37,399 nt of DNA from Octopus sinensis (lineage: Eukaryota). The position numbers and the translations under genes were made by a program. Position 1 is the stretch's first letter; each line of letters starts with the position of its first letter. Below are positions 11,288 to 25,076 of this stretch, piece by piece. The notes under the pieces were generated by a model, which did no database searches, had not been told where the DNA came from, and was given only the letters and a program-made list of their open reading frames with translations. The stretch is taken from contig NW_021832189.1 in the NCBI RefSeq assembly GCF_006345805.1, positions 1-37,399 of the forward strand. Reading direction: 5' to 3'.

Positions 11288-11522
11288 GTAATAGTAATAG
11301 TAATAATAATAATAATAATGATAATAATAATAATAATAATTGTTTCAAATTTAGGCACATGGTTAGCAACTTAGGAAGGGACTAACTCAATTACATCTAC
11401 CCCAGTGCTCAACTGGTACTTACCTCATCGACCCCAAATAACACTACTACTACTACTACTACTACTAACTACTACTTGACTTACTACTACTACTACTAAT
11501 ACTACTAACTACTACTAACTAC

Positions 11523-11567
<45 letters not shown>

Positions 11568-11578
11568 TGATAATAATA

Positions 11579-11665
11579 AAATTCCAGGAAACCCAAAAGC
11601 ATCAGAACTAGAAGAAATTGTTCTCATGGTACGTCCCACATTATCAGCTTGAAAATACCTGATTC
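11579..11665 (+). mobile_element. Short RLE-LINE 3' fragment following (AAT)n
   Basis: KIPGNPKASELEEIVLM(G)TSHII aligns with QIPGNPKMAEIQKIVLM.TAHIL of the 2660-3138 element. Confidence 0.65.
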
Positions 11666-12111
11666 TCTTTAAAAAAAAAAGAACTTTTATATACAAAAAT
11701 CGAAAATATTACGAATTTAACAGGATTTTAGTTCTTCGAATCTGGTCCCGTTTGCCAACGAATATATCAATGCTAATCATAAATAACGGTCATGGAAAGA
11801 CGTTTAACTTGCTTGTTACTTGAGATCTCTGGGTGAGTGAGACCTGGAACAAAATGATGACGATGATGACAACAACAACAACAGCAACAACAAAAACAAC
11901 AACAAAGCATTTAAAAAACCTTTTTGCTCGTAAATTATCTTCAGAGTACTTTGCTACATACACTGACACGAACCAAACACCTCGGGTTGCACGGATATTG
12001 GATTTCGTTGTGTTACTGTCAACACGTTTGATGCTGTTTGTTATTGTTGTTATTGTTGTTGTAGTTGTTGCTTCGTGTTATATAATAGCGGTTTCGCTTT
12101 GTAAACGGATC

Positions 12112-12250
12112 TGCGTCGGTTACGACGATGCGTGTTCAGTTAGTCGATCGATTGAGTTACATCCCTGCTCATTGAGTTTGCGAGTATGTGGTTGAGTGTT
12201 CCGTAGCAGATGCATGTACCCATAACGTAATCTTAAGGTATAACCAGTGC
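12112..12250 (-). mobile_element. Old, diverged family-A type-1 tail
   Basis: cgtcggttacgacgatg...ccctgctc...gtggttgagtgttccgtag...gtacccataacgta resembles the reverse complement of 9830-9945. Confidence 0.55.
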
Positions 12251-12272
12251 GACACAATGTGGGTGTGTATGT

Positions 12273-12540
<268 letters not shown>

Positions 12541-12823
12541 AAGGAAAGCTGGACCCTTAAACTATAGGTATCGGGTGCGGCAGACAAAAAACACCGTCTG
12601 CTCTTGTTTTAACGGAATGGGACGATCGGGCGCAGCTGTTTCGACTCAGATATTTTTACCATGGCTAAATGGACGTTCTGCCTGTTTTGGCGAGAGTACT
12701 TTTTCGCACTTTGACACTGCAGACAAACACGTACACGCACGTACAACAGATACACATATACACACACACACACATACACACACACACACAACACACACAC
12801 GCACACACACAAACACACACACA

Positions 12824-12880
<57 letters not shown>

Positions 12881-12881
<1 letters not shown>

Positions 12882-13049
12882 GGCGCAGGAGTGGCTGTGT
12901 GGTAAGTAGCTTGTTTACCAACCACATGGTTCCGGGTTCAGTCCTTTGGCAAGTGTCTTCTACTATAGCCTCGGGCCGACCAAAGCTTGTGAGTGGATTT
13001 GGTAGACGGAAACTGAAAGAAGCCTGTCGTATATATATATATATATATA

Positions 13050-13083
<34 letters not shown>

Positions 13084-13299
13084 TGTGTGTGTTTGTGTGT
13101 CTGTGTTGTCCCCCTAGCATTGCTTGACAACCGATGCTGGTGTGTTTATGTCCCCGTTACTTAGCGGTTCGGCAAAGAGACGATAGAATAAGTACTGGGC
13201 TTACAAAAGAATAAGTCCCGGGGTCGAGTTGCTCTATTAAAGGCGGTGCTCCAGCATGGCCGCAGTCAAATGACTGAAACAAGTAAAAGAGTAAAAGAG
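12881..13299 (+). mobile_element. tRNA-derived SINE family B, full length with internal (TA)n(TG)n
   Basis: A-box tggctgtgtggtaag, B-box-like gggttcagtcc, CORE-like tgg(g)caagtgtctt, internal microsatellite, 3' module ending (gtaaaaga)n. Confidence 0.92.
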
Positions 13300-13321
13300 T
13301 ACACACGTACATACATATATA

Positions 13322-13379
<58 letters not shown>

Positions 13380-13832
13380 ATATATAGATATATATATATA
13401 TATCGCTCTGTATGACTCAATGTAGATACGCTGTTGATATCGCATATATGTATATACGTTTGTAAATACACATACACACACATACATTTATACGCGCACG
13501 CACGCAGGCGCTCGCGCGCGCACACACACAGTCTCATACACACACAACACACACACTCTTAAGTGGACTATGTCAATATTTACTTGAGAATTTAATAAGA
13601 TAACACTAAAAAAAATAATAAGAGAAAAAGATTAAATTGGAATAAACCATAAATCGAAGAAAAGGAAAAGAAAAAAAATATCGATGAATAAGAAACGAAT
13701 GAAGAAAAGAAAACGAATAAATAAATAAATGAATAAAATATATAAAAAAAACATTGTTTTTTATTGTTCTCTTTCGTTCTTTGTTACTTTTCTTTCTGGT
13801 AAAAACCGGTTATTGTAAAAGATCCAAGTCTT

Positions 13833-13843
<11 letters not shown>

Positions 13844-13870
<27 letters not shown>

Positions 13871-14041
13871 ACACACACACACACACATATATATACATAT
13901 ATATATATATACATATATATGTATGTATGTATATGTATATAAGTATATGTGTATATATGCATGTATATATATATATGTATATATATATGTACATAGGTCA
14001 ATGTATGTATGTATATATATATATAAATATACATATGTATG

Positions 14042-14081
<40 letters not shown>

Positions 14082-14123
14082 GTATGTATATGTATGTATA
14101 TTTATGTATATATATATACATGC

Positions 14124-14168
<45 letters not shown>

Positions 14169-14198
14169 TACATACACATACATATACGTGTGTGTGTA

Positions 14199-14235
<37 letters not shown>

Positions 14236-14240
14236 TGTGT
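13844..14240. repeat. (CA)n-(TA)n-(TG)n compound microsatellite
   Basis: Direct reading. Confidence 0.95.
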
Positions 14241-14819
14241 TTGTGTGCGAACATCTAAGTGCTGGAAAAAAGAGAGGCCTATTCACAGTTTGATATTAAG
14301 AAGGAATAAATAAGTAAATAGTTGAATGTAAAACGGTGTGAAACAGTATAAATAGTCGCTGCACTAAAATACATATTGACTTATTATTCTCGGCTTGAAA
14401 AAAAAAAGGGAGAAAGGAAAAGGAAAAGAAGTAGTTCAAAATCTCTTTATATTTTGATTTGTTTGTTTGTATTCGCTGCGGTCCTTCACTTGAGAACTGT
14501 GCCAACAGAGGGAGTCATTTTCTCGTTGAAGTCTTGTTATCGTTTTTCATTTGTTCTCCGCTTCTCAGATCCCTTTTAAGCCATGAATGCAATTTCCTTC
14601 CTTTTTCATCCTTCCGAAATCGATAAAGTAAAATACCCGTGAAGCACAGATGTTGAGTTAATCGATTATTCAGTACCCCACCCCACCCCACCAAGCAAAA
14701 CTTTCTGGCCTGGTGCATGTACAGTACCGGACTCCTAATCCGGCTTCCGGAAGTTCGGAAACTCCCTGAAATCCGGAAATATTGTGCATCTTTTCGAAGA
14801 TGGTTGATTTGCATAACTT

Positions 14820-15012
14820 TTATCTTTTACTCGTTTCACTCATTTGACTGCGGCCACGCTGGGGCACCGCCTTGAAGGGTTTTAGTCGAACAAATCCACC
14901 ATAGGGATTTTCTTCGTTGTTGTTGTTTGAAGGCTAGTACTTATGCTATCGGTTTTTTGTCGAACTGCTAAGTTACAGGGACGTAAACGCACCAGTACTG
15001 ATTGTCAAGTTG
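14820..15012 (-). mobile_element. SINE family B 3' half
   Basis: cactcatttgactgcggccacgctggggcaccgcc...ctagtacttatgctatcgg...ctaagttacagggacgtaaac. Confidence 0.8.
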
Positions 15013-15059
15013 TGTTAAGGGTACACCTCCCCCCATATATATATATATTATTATTTTTA

Positions 15060-15097
<38 letters not shown>

Positions 15098-15116
15098 TAT
15101 TATTATTATTATTATT

Positions 15117-15328
15117 AAGGCGGCGAGCTGGCAGAAACGTTAGCGCGCCGGGCGAAATGCTTAGCGGTATTTCGTCTGCCACTACGTTCTGAGTTCAAAT
15201 TCCGCCGAGGCAGACTTTGCCTTTCAATCTTTCGGGGGTCGATAAATTAAGTACCAGTTTCGCACTGGGGTTGATATAATCGACTTGATCCGTTTGCCTG
15301 TCCTTGTTTGTCCTCTCTGTGTTACCAG
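15117..15328 (+). mobile_element. SINE family C
   Basis: aaggcggcgagctggcagaaacgttagcgcgccgggcgaaatgcttagcgg...gagttcaaattccgccgagg...ggggtcgataaattaagtaccag. Follows (ATT)n. Confidence 0.9.
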
Positions 15329-15715
15329 TTGCGTACTGGTGTCGATTTGATCGACTGAAACCTTTCAAGGCTGTGCTACAGCTTGGCCGCAGTCCAATGA
15401 CAAAAACCAGTAAAAATAAAAGAACAGAATATCCTTGTTCCAAAAGAATTCCTTTATTTACGCATTGGCTCTATGCTTCATTTCCGAAGTGTTTCTATCA
15501 GCTTTCTAAAATTTTGTTTTTAATTTCACTCTATGATCGCTATGTCCGTCTCTGCTACTTAACATACCAGTTTAATTATGTTTTCTTATTTCATTATGAC
15601 GGATTAGGCTCAGATATCTAAGATATCTCAATTGTTATGTCATAATATATCTCACAGCATGAAACCAATTAAAATTGACGAAATGTCTGCTGGACAATTC
15701 GCCAACCCTTTATAT

Positions 15716-15780
15716 CAGTAATGGCGAATCTATGACACGTGTCACAAGTGACACGTCGCGTGGTTTTCGGTGTTGCACGA
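15716..15780 (+). mobile_element. Single terminus of a hAT-like DNA transposon
   Basis: cagtaatggcgaatctatgacacgtgtcacaagtgacacg resembles CAGTGATGGCGAACCT-type hAT ends. The partner TIR was not found. Confidence 0.5.
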
Positions 15781-15945
15781 TAAACTTAAAAAAGAAAAAA
15801 AAAGGGAAAAAATCCCTTCCTGCCATGCCATGTTATTAAAAAAAAAAAACAACTTATCTACCAGAATTTATCAGAAACTAAAATATTTGTATAAGGTGGC
15901 GAGCTGGAAGAATCGTTCGCACATCGGATAAATAGATTTATAGAT

Positions 15946-16321
15946 AAACAAGATCACTGAGAGAGCACAAATCTCCTCCAAAGCAACATCAACGTCCTCT
16001 CAACGATTAGTCAGAGATGGTTTTTAAAATGGGAATATCTGAAATAAACTCGACTGCTCTCACAAACCAGAATACCACAAATGAACCCGACCAATCTCAA
16101 AAATTAAGTGAAAAAGAAAACAGGAAAAATAATCCAGAATCCTTGTCCGATATCGGATCGACCCCAAAATATAATCAGCTCGTGCCAGTCAAGAGGCCAA
16201 ACATCCCTGAAAGTTTCATCCGAATGCATCCAGCGGTTCTTGAGATATCTTGTTTACGGACGAACAAACACACAAACACAACTGAAAACAATACCTCCGC
16301 CTTCGCTCAGGTGGAAGTAAT
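15946..16321 (+). mobile_element. Non-autonomous Helitron/Helentron-like (DINE-1/HINE-type) element
   Basis: Begins aaacaag. Contains aagtttcatccgaa...gagatatcttgtttacggac plus an (ACAA/AC)n block. 3' subterminal hairpin acctccgcct/aggtggaagt at 16293-16318. Confidence 0.6.
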
Positions 16322-16345
16322 AACATAACAAACATAACATAACAG

Positions 16346-16882
16346 AAGGCAATGAGATAGCAGAATGGTTAGCATGCCGGGCGAAATGCTTAGCAGTATT
16401 TCGTCTGCCGCTACGTTCTGAGTTCAAATTCCGCCGAGGTCGACTTTGCTTTTATCCTTTCGGGGTCGATTAAATAAGTACCTGTTACGCACTGGGGTCG
16501 ATGTAATCGGCTTAATCCGTTTGTCTGTCCTTGTTTGTCCCCTCTGTGCTTAGCCCCTTGTGAGTAGTAAAGAAACAGGCATTTCGTCTGCTGTTACGTT
16601 CTGAGTTCAAATTCCGCCGAGGTCGACTTTGTCTTTCATCCTTTCGGGGTCGATAAGTTAAGTACCAGTTGAGTACTGGGGTCGACGCGATCGACTTACC
16701 CCTTTCCCCAATAAGCCTTGTGCCTATAGTAGAAAAGGTTATGTTCTGAGTTCAAGTGCCGCCGAGGTCGACTTTGCCTAGTACTAGTTACGCACAAGGG
16801 GGTCGATGTAATCGACTTAATCCCTTTGTCTGTCCTTGTTTGTCCCCTTTACGTTTAGCCCCCTGTGGGTAATAAAGAAATA
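16346..16882 (+). mobile_element. Head-to-tail trimer of SINE family C
   Basis: gttctgagttcaa..ccgccgaggtcgactttg occurs three times (units about 16346-16575, 16576-16738, 16739-16882). (ATAAC)n lies on both flanks. Confidence 0.85.
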
Positions 16883-16987
16883 AATAACATAACATAACCT
16901 TTAACAATGTTTCTTCCAGCCATCAACAGGTCCGTCCCCAAACTTTGGCTCCTGGAAATGCTTCAGAATATACTGGGTAGCCCCTAA

Positions 16988-17196
16988 TTTCTGAATCCGG
17001 AGGGCACACCACTGAATAGTTAAAAGACAGTGCTGCCCTGTGCCCACCCCTACTTAGCGACGATCATGTTAGTCAGACATCAAGAAATGTATTGCAGGCT
17101 GGGATTTTTGCAAACTGTATTTTCTAAATCTGAGGGTACACCATTGAACAGTGAGGGAGCAATGCCGTCTTGTACCCCCGCTTAGCGACGGTCACC
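16988..17196. repeat. Two diverged ~80-bp tandem copies, possibly DNA-transposon ends
   Basis: tttct.aatc.gaggg.acacca.tgaa.ag ... cttagcgacg.tca at 16988-17068 and 17121-17196. Confidence 0.5.
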
Positions 17197-17557
17197 GCTC
17201 TTCACGGTATGAGTTGAAATCCTGGCGAGGAACTGAACCCGAAACCATGTTATTGTAAACGGTCATGCTTGTGTCTTATTCACAAAACTGCGACGCCTTC
17301 AACGTTTGTATTGTTACTTGCAGGGTATATTGCACCTGAGGACATTGGAAGGCTTCCAGAAAACCAGATCTACATCAACTGTACGAGTTACTACTAAGCT
17401 GCTACATGTTAGCAATATCTACCCGGATATTCGCTGCTTGTCTCCCACCTTCTTTACTCCTCATCAATTTCCCTCTCTCTTTCTCTCTTTCTCTCTCTCT
17501 GTCTCTCTTCTCTCTCTCTCCGTCTCTTTCCCTCCCACTTTCTCCCCTTCGCTCTCA

Positions 17558-17625
<68 letters not shown>

Positions 17626-17626
17626 A

Positions 17627-17686
<60 letters not shown>

Positions 17687-18193
17687 CCTATCTCTCTCTC
17701 TCTCTCTCCCTATCTATCTATCCCTCTTTCTCCTCTCCTTTATCTATATATTTCTCTTCGGGGGTTAAATAATTAGTTGAATGATGATGGTGGTAGTGGC
17801 GGTGGTGTAATAGTGATGGTGACGGCGTTGTTGTTGTTGTTGTTGGTAGTGGTGGTGGTGGTGGTCACGGTGATAGCAGTGGTAGTAGTGTCGGTGGCGG
17901 TGGCGGCGGTGCATATTACACACGCTTATTTTCTCCCCGCACCAAAAAAAAAAAGGTTCACAAAAAAAAAAGAAAAAAGAAAAACAAATTACCCCCGGGC
18001 TCCCTTAGCGAAGTTCTGTCTATATTACATGCTTTAATATACCCCCATCAACTTCTCATTTTTTTTTTTTTTAGAATTAATATGCACTGCTGAAATCCGG
18101 GTGCGTCTAACATACCCGTGCGTCTTTCATGCCATCGAATACGGCAATTACAACAGCAAAGACAATAACAACAACAACAACAACAGAAATAAT

Positions 18194-18230
<37 letters not shown>

Positions 18231-18323
18231 AGGGGAAAAAACGTGACGAAAGGAAATACGAGAGATTCATGAAAAACTGAAATATAAATAAATGAATCAT
18301 TAAACAATTAAATAAATAAACAA

Positions 18324-18363
<40 letters not shown>

Positions 18364-18615
18364 CATAAATAAATAAATAGATAAATAGATAAATAACATA
18401 AATAAGATAAATAAATAAATAAGAAGTTAGTTGTCGTTCTTGGCCGCCTCCGCCTCCATTCATAAACACTTGCTGAATTGTTTAAGCGGCCGAGCTATCG
18501 AGGAAGTCTTCACAAGGACGGGTGTGAGAGCTGCTAGATTTAAGAGTTAGATCTGTCTTAAAAGGAAGGACACGTGAACAATATGTATGTATGCATGTAT
18601 GTATTATGTACAGAC

Positions 18616-18697
<82 letters not shown>

Positions 18698-18698
18698 A

Positions 18699-18732
<34 letters not shown>

Positions 18733-18733
<1 letters not shown>

Positions 18734-19100
18734 GCGCAGGAGTGGCTATGTGGTAAGTAGCTTGCTTACCAGCCACATGGTTCCAGGTCAGTCCCACTGC
18801 GTGGCACCTTGGGCATGTGTCTTCTACTATAGCCTCGGGCCGACCAAAGCCTTGTGAGTGGATTTAGTAGACGGAAACTGAAATAAACCCGTCGTATTTG
18901 TCCCCACAACATCGATTGACAACCGATGCTGGTGTGTTTAAGTCCCTGTAACTTAGCGATTCTGCAAGAGAGACCGATAGAATAAGTACAAGGCTTACAA
19001 AGAATAAGTCCTGGGGTCGATTTGCTCGACTAAAGGCAGTGCCCCAGCATGACCGTGGTCATATGACTGAAACAAATAAAATAAGAAAAGAATAAAAGAA
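18733..19100 (+). mobile_element. SINE family B, full length, lacking the long internal microsatellite
   Basis: Colinear with 12881-13299. Confidence 0.9.
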
Positions 19101-19183
19101 TATGCATATATGCATGTGTGTGTGTGTGTATATATATATATAATTTATATATATATATATCTATATATATTGTATATATATAT

Positions 19184-19225
<42 letters not shown>

Positions 19226-19242
19226 ATATATATATATGATAT

Positions 19243-19285
<43 letters not shown>

Positions 19286-20334
19286 TATATATATATCATA
19301 TCAATATATATATTGATAATACTAAAACTCTAGAGATGTTTGTTTGTCTAGAAATAGTATATTTTATCTTAATTGTTTTTGCACATTTATTTTCATGCTT
19401 ACCTTCGGCAGTGCTGTACAAATGTTCGTGACATTTGCACCTCTATTTATTAATGAAAACGAGTAGACACAATTTTTGTTTGTTATTTCTTGACTGAAAA
19501 AAACATGGCTTCCGTGACGTCGACACATATACACACATACAGAATACACACACATATAATGAATGTCATGGCGGTCAATCAACACAAACACACGTCCGCT
19601 ATCTGTGACATATACACACATATAATTTTCGCGTTCTCTAAGAAAAAAAAAAATCGACTTCTTGACGTACATAGTATTTTAATCATTTAGAAATATTTTC
19701 AACTGAATGATTTCAAAAATGTAAGTTGTTTGTACAGTAAGTATTTATATTTTAGCTTTCTTTAAACAGACAATATTTTAATGTTTTTCTAAATTTATTT
19801 TCGAGTCGTTAATTTCTGTAAAATATTTTTATTTATTTACTTTTGTTTTAAAGTGAAAGAGAGAAGAAAGTGAAAGATGTAAGAGAACGTATATATGAAA
19901 GGGATGTGCGTGTAAAAGAGAGAGAGGGGGGGAGAGAAAGAGAGAGAAATAGAGGAGGAAAGAAGGAGAGAAAGAGAGAAAGAGAGATATAGAAAGAGAG
20001 AGAGAAAGCGTGAGTGAATGTGTGTTCTCATGTATGTGTAAGTGGCACTCTCTCTCTCTCACTCACATACACACAGACGTTCATTTTATATACACGTTCA
20101 TACATCTTTCATATATATATATATATATATATTAATAAATAAAATAAAACATATGCATATATATAAACATATATGTACGTACCTACCTCTACATGTACAT
20201 ATACACGCATATATGAGTACAGGACACCAAAGGGACGTCAAACACAAACGAGAAACGAAAACATAGACACAACCAAAGAACAGGACATTTTTTTAAAACA
20301 AATATAATATTATATATATATATAATATATATAT

Positions 20335-20493
20335 CGCAGGTATGGCTGTGTAGTAAGAAGTTTGCTTCCCAACCAGATGGTTCTGGGTTCAGTCCCACTG
20401 CGTGGCACCTTGGACAAGTGTCTTCTACTGTAGCCTCGGGCCAACCAAAGCATTGAGTTCATTTGGTAGACGGAAACTGAAAAGAAGCCTGTC
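20335..20493 (+). mobile_element. SINE family B 5' half
   Basis: tggctgtgtagtaag...gggttcagtcccactgcgtggcaccttggacaagtgtcttctact...ggaaactgaaaagaagcc. Confidence 0.88.
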
Positions 20494-20670
20494 ATGTATA
20501 TATATGTATATATAATATATATATATATATATATATGGGTACAGGACGTCACCAACGGTGCAAATAACATGAAATACGTAATCAACGAGAAAAAATGGAG
20601 AAAAAGACAAATAAACACAGAGAAAGGATCCTTCATCAGTTGTCGGCTGTCTCTCTACTCCTCATTTCGA

Positions 20671-20716
<46 letters not shown>

Positions 20717-21253
20717 TAGATAATATAGGTGGTTCGTCAGAAATTCAAACCTAAAAGTAAATTTAAAAACAAGGGTTCAAAATAGTAGCAGCATTGCTAG
20801 AAACAAGAGTAAAAAATGACACAAAATACCACAAAAAGCACTAATTCAATAAGTTGGAGAAAGAGAGGAAGCGAGAAAGCTCCTTACCGTTGTGAGACAA
20901 TCTCACACACACATATACATATAGGGTTTTGTAGAGTGTAAAATGACCCTTAGCCAGGATTGTTCCCAGTCGAACTCTGACTCAGTAGCAATTGTTAGGG
21001 TGCCAGTGCTAGAAATATTAGCATATGAACCACTGGAAGTGAAGGACACCTAGCTCATTAGAACTTTTTTGTAGAACAACTCTGATATATGAAAACATCT
21101 CGTATGTAAAAATCTGAAATGCAGTTAGCTCCTGAGCGCCACAACCTCTGCTGTGCCGCTGGTTTTATACCTGACGATGTTTAAAAGTAGACTCTGTGTT
21201 GGTCACTACCTTATCAGAGAGAGAGAGAGGAGAGAGAGAGAGGAGAGAGAGAG

Positions 21254-21291
<38 letters not shown>

Positions 21292-21530
21292 GGGAGGGAG
21301 AGAGAGAGCGAGAGAGAGAGGGGAGAGAGAGAGAGGGAGAGGGAGAGAGACAAACAGACAGGCATGCACCAGTATTCGGCTGGTACAAGTTTTCACCTAA
21401 ATAGACTGGGTTAACGGGAAACAAAGTGTTTGACCCAAGATCACAACATGACGCCCGATCCAGAAATTGAACTTACAACATTATTAACACGAGACGAACT
21501 CTCCTTATATGCATATATATATATATATAT

Positions 21531-22032
<502 letters not shown>

Positions 22033-22294
22033 GTATGCATGAATGTATGTGTGTGTGTGTGTGTATACGTGTTTACTGGGACGCGTTTGGTTCAATAACT
22101 CTGCGGGATGGGGCCTGATCTGGAATTAAACAACAACAACAAGAGCTTCACAGCTCCCGGATACCAGCAAATTCTACCCGGATATTTGTAGGGCTCTTTC
22201 TCTACCCCCTCTCTCTCTCTCTCTTCTTCTCCTTCCCCCATTAAGCAAACGTATATCATTGGATAATATTTTTCTGGGCTCTTAATTTTACGTC

Positions 22295-22342
<48 letters not shown>

Positions 22343-22698
22343 GTAGTAGTAGTAGTAGTAGTAGTAGTACTAGTAGTAGTAGCAGTGATGATGGTGGTGG
22401 TGGTGGTGGTGGTTATATCAGTAATAGTAATAGCAGCAGCAATATTAATTATATAACAGTTGAAAAACTGAAAAAGGGAAGAAGAAAGTTAGGTGAGACG
22501 CCAGTGTAAATGGGTCATACCTCCCCTCCTATCCAGGGGTATAGGGTTTCATCTCCCCTGGACGGGTGTGAATTTCATTCCCCCGAGGTCCTTGTTTTGA
22601 AATCTCTCTCTCTTCTCTCTTTTCACATTGGATAGAAATGACTCACTGCTCGATGCCGATGTTGATGTTCTTGGTATTGTTGTTGCTTGTTGGGTGTG

Positions 22699-22990
22699 AA
22701 GGTGTGTGGCGCAGTGGTAAGGGCGTTGCTTATAACGATCGCAGAATCGTGGTTTCGATTCACGGAATGGGCGGTGCGTTGTGTTCTTGAGCAAAAAAAA
22801 AAGAAAAAAGGAAGAAAAAGAAAAAAACCCACTTCGTATCACGTTGTCTCAGTTCACTCAGCCGTGAATGAATAACCTTACCCCACTGCAACGGACCGGT
22901 GTCCCGTTCAGCGGGCAATGTTGTGTGACCTGAGGTCATTCATACGTCATGGAAACCAAGCAACCAGCAATATGAGTTCTAGGACTCGAG
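22699..22990 (+). mobile_element. tRNA-derived SINE family E (diverged)
   Basis: A-box gtggcgcagtggtaagg, B-box ggtttcgattcac, then gcgttgtgttcttgagcaa and cagttcactcagc. Interrupted by an A-rich run at 22793-22827. The 3' end is approximate. Confidence 0.65.
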
Positions 22991-23047
22991 AGAGTAAGGT
23001 CCAGGGGTTGATGATGAGAATGATGTCGATGATGACGATGATTGATG

Positions 23048-23069
23048 GTGATGATGATGATGATGATGA

Positions 23070-23150
<81 letters not shown>

Positions 23151-23168
23151 TGATGATGATGATGATGA
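23048..23168. repeat. (GAT)n-(GAC)n-(GAT)n compound trinucleotide
   Basis: Direct reading. Confidence 0.95.
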
Positions 23169-23170
23169 CA

Positions 23171-23549
23171 GTGATTCTGCTCTACGATAATGCAAAACCA
23201 CATGTTGCAAGAATGACGCTGCAAAGACTCACAGACTTGGGACACGAGACTTTACCACATCCTCCATATTCTTCTCATCTTTCACACACTGACTTACCAT
23301 TTTTTAAAGCATTTAAACACGTTTTTAAGTGATAAAACTTTCAGGTTCAAACCATAGGCGGAATCAGCTTTCAAAGATTTCCTAGCATCAAAGCTAATAA
23401 GTTTTTATCAACGAGGAATCAATAATCTCGTTGATCGATGGCAGAGATCACAGCTTATACGTTGACTAATCAAAACATTTCTATTGTTAAGTTTCCCAGA
23501 ATAAAATTATGTTTCTGAAATCGGCCATTATTTTCGGAACAATCTAATA
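23171..23549 (+). pseudogene. mariner (DD34D) transposase C-terminal fragment plus right TIR
   Basis: LLYDNAKPHVARMTLQRLTDLGHETLPHPPYSSHLSHTD: 34 residues between the second and third catalytic D, matching the HDNARPH and YSPDLAPSD motifs. Ends ...attattttcggaacaatctaaTA, like a mariner TIR plus TA. Confidence 0.9.
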
Positions 23550-24425
23550 TAAGCAATTTATCGCACATAATTTTTAGCAAGAAAATCTTATATGCACCCC
23601 AAGAGTTATATAAACCATTAAGGGCCATATGGACCCCCAAAAGGTCATTTGGACCCCCGTTGAGATCTGCTGTACTAGACAATGGTAATGGTGTTAACAA
23701 TGTTATCTTAATACATAGTTACTCTGGATAGCTGCCCCTGGGCCCCACGCGTCTGAGGGCACCCCAAATCATTGCTTTGCCCTGTGGTCTGTATTACTAC
23801 TAAAACGACCCCAGTTGTTAATCCAGTTCATGATTATCCACCGAAATTAAGACTAGCTCCATGACTGAGTAGATCTCTATTGAATGATGTTCTAGCCATG
23901 ACATATCTGTCTTATTTTCAAAGACCATAATTCAATGTGGCCTTCCTCCATTTTTAAGACTTTAAGATCAGGTTAGGTATGGGCGCATGCGCTGTCGTAG
24001 TGTGTCACTGTATCCACCATTTGTTGGTGATCCTCTTCTCCTGGCAGGTGACACGTTTGCACCATTCAGTTGCAACCCTCTAATCTACCCTGTCTTCCAG
24101 GGTTTTTCCCCCATACGACATAACTTACAGGCCGTCGAGGTACTTCCCCGAAAGAGAAAACTTGATGGGGGTTCTGTTTGGGTAGTGGTTGCTGGCGAGG
24201 GTTGTAGGAGCTCGGAGTGCAAGTCCTACTTCAACCTCATTTTGTCCCCTTTTTGCAATATGCAGAGAAAACGTTGGATCTGTTCTTCGTCACGCCAGTC
24301 CCCGCAACGCAGTACGGTAAGGTAAAGACGGTGAGGTAAATTATAATTTCAGGGCACTTTGGCTGCTATTTCTTTCGTTGTAATGTCTGGAAGAAATGTT
24401 TTGTGATATTTATACCGATTCATAC

Positions 24426-24707
24426 ATGCATAATGCTCGAGAAAAGGGTGACAGGGCCATATCCGGGAAGTCTTATTTTTACGGCTGAGTTAGTAAATGA
24501 CGGACAGCACCCTTGATTCAGTTTAAGGGTTTCCGAGATTAATGAGAGGAAGAGAAAAGTTAACTTTAGACTGAAGACCCTGCAACAGAATAAGCTCCAC
24601 TGAGGAGCCAGGCAATGGCGTTAACCCGAGAAACGGATTTTCTATCGCTCAATAAGTGATGTGGTCCTTTGCCCGGATTTCATATATTTTGCCATCTAGC
24701 CACATTT
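24426..24707 (+). repeat. Direct repeat copy 1 (~280 bp)
   Basis: Aligns end to end with 25759-26079 (atgcataatgctcgagaaaagggtg...gcccggatttcata...tagccacattt). Confidence 0.92.
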
Positions 24708-25076
24708 CGCTGGCTCCTTCATGAACGTATCGTTGTTGGTTTTGACATAATCGTTGACGCTATTGTTATTGTCGTTGTTACTGTGGTCGCGTTTATTGTT
24801 ATTATCGTTGGTGATGTTGCTGATGCTGATGCTGTTGCTGTGGTTGTGTTACTAGCAAACTGGTTTGCGGTGCTGCGGTGGGAAACACAGAATTGATTAG
24901 CTTCTGGCCGATGTGAAAGCAGCAAATGAAGAGACACCCAGAAAACCTTGCAAAACACAGATCTATGCACGTGGTTTGTCAAATGGGACTCTCGGGGTAT
25001 CGGTGGAGTGAAATGTCACCTTTCTGCATGTAAATTAAGATCCGTGTGTTGTAGTTTGTAGGTACTAGATGTGGAA

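Noticed and set aside
12625-12660. Minus-strand GAAACAGCTG resembling the stem III of the 30654 motif
   Set aside because: No CUGANGA core at a suitable distance and no UH cleavage triplet.
20620-20745. Minus-strand CTGATGA and CTGACGA with a nearby GAAA
   Set aside because: I could not close stems I-III in any hammerhead topology; a (TA)n tract separates the parts.
23590-23790. Possible hAT MITE remnants (ggaccccc repeats, gttgagatctgctg); similar cagtggcggg start at 37150
   Set aside because: Only one putative terminus in each case and no TSD, so not called.
23980-24330. 112-aa ORF and possible retroelement 5' UTR or HDV-like ribozyme
   Set aside because: No recognisable protein motif, and I could not build the nested double pseudoknot.
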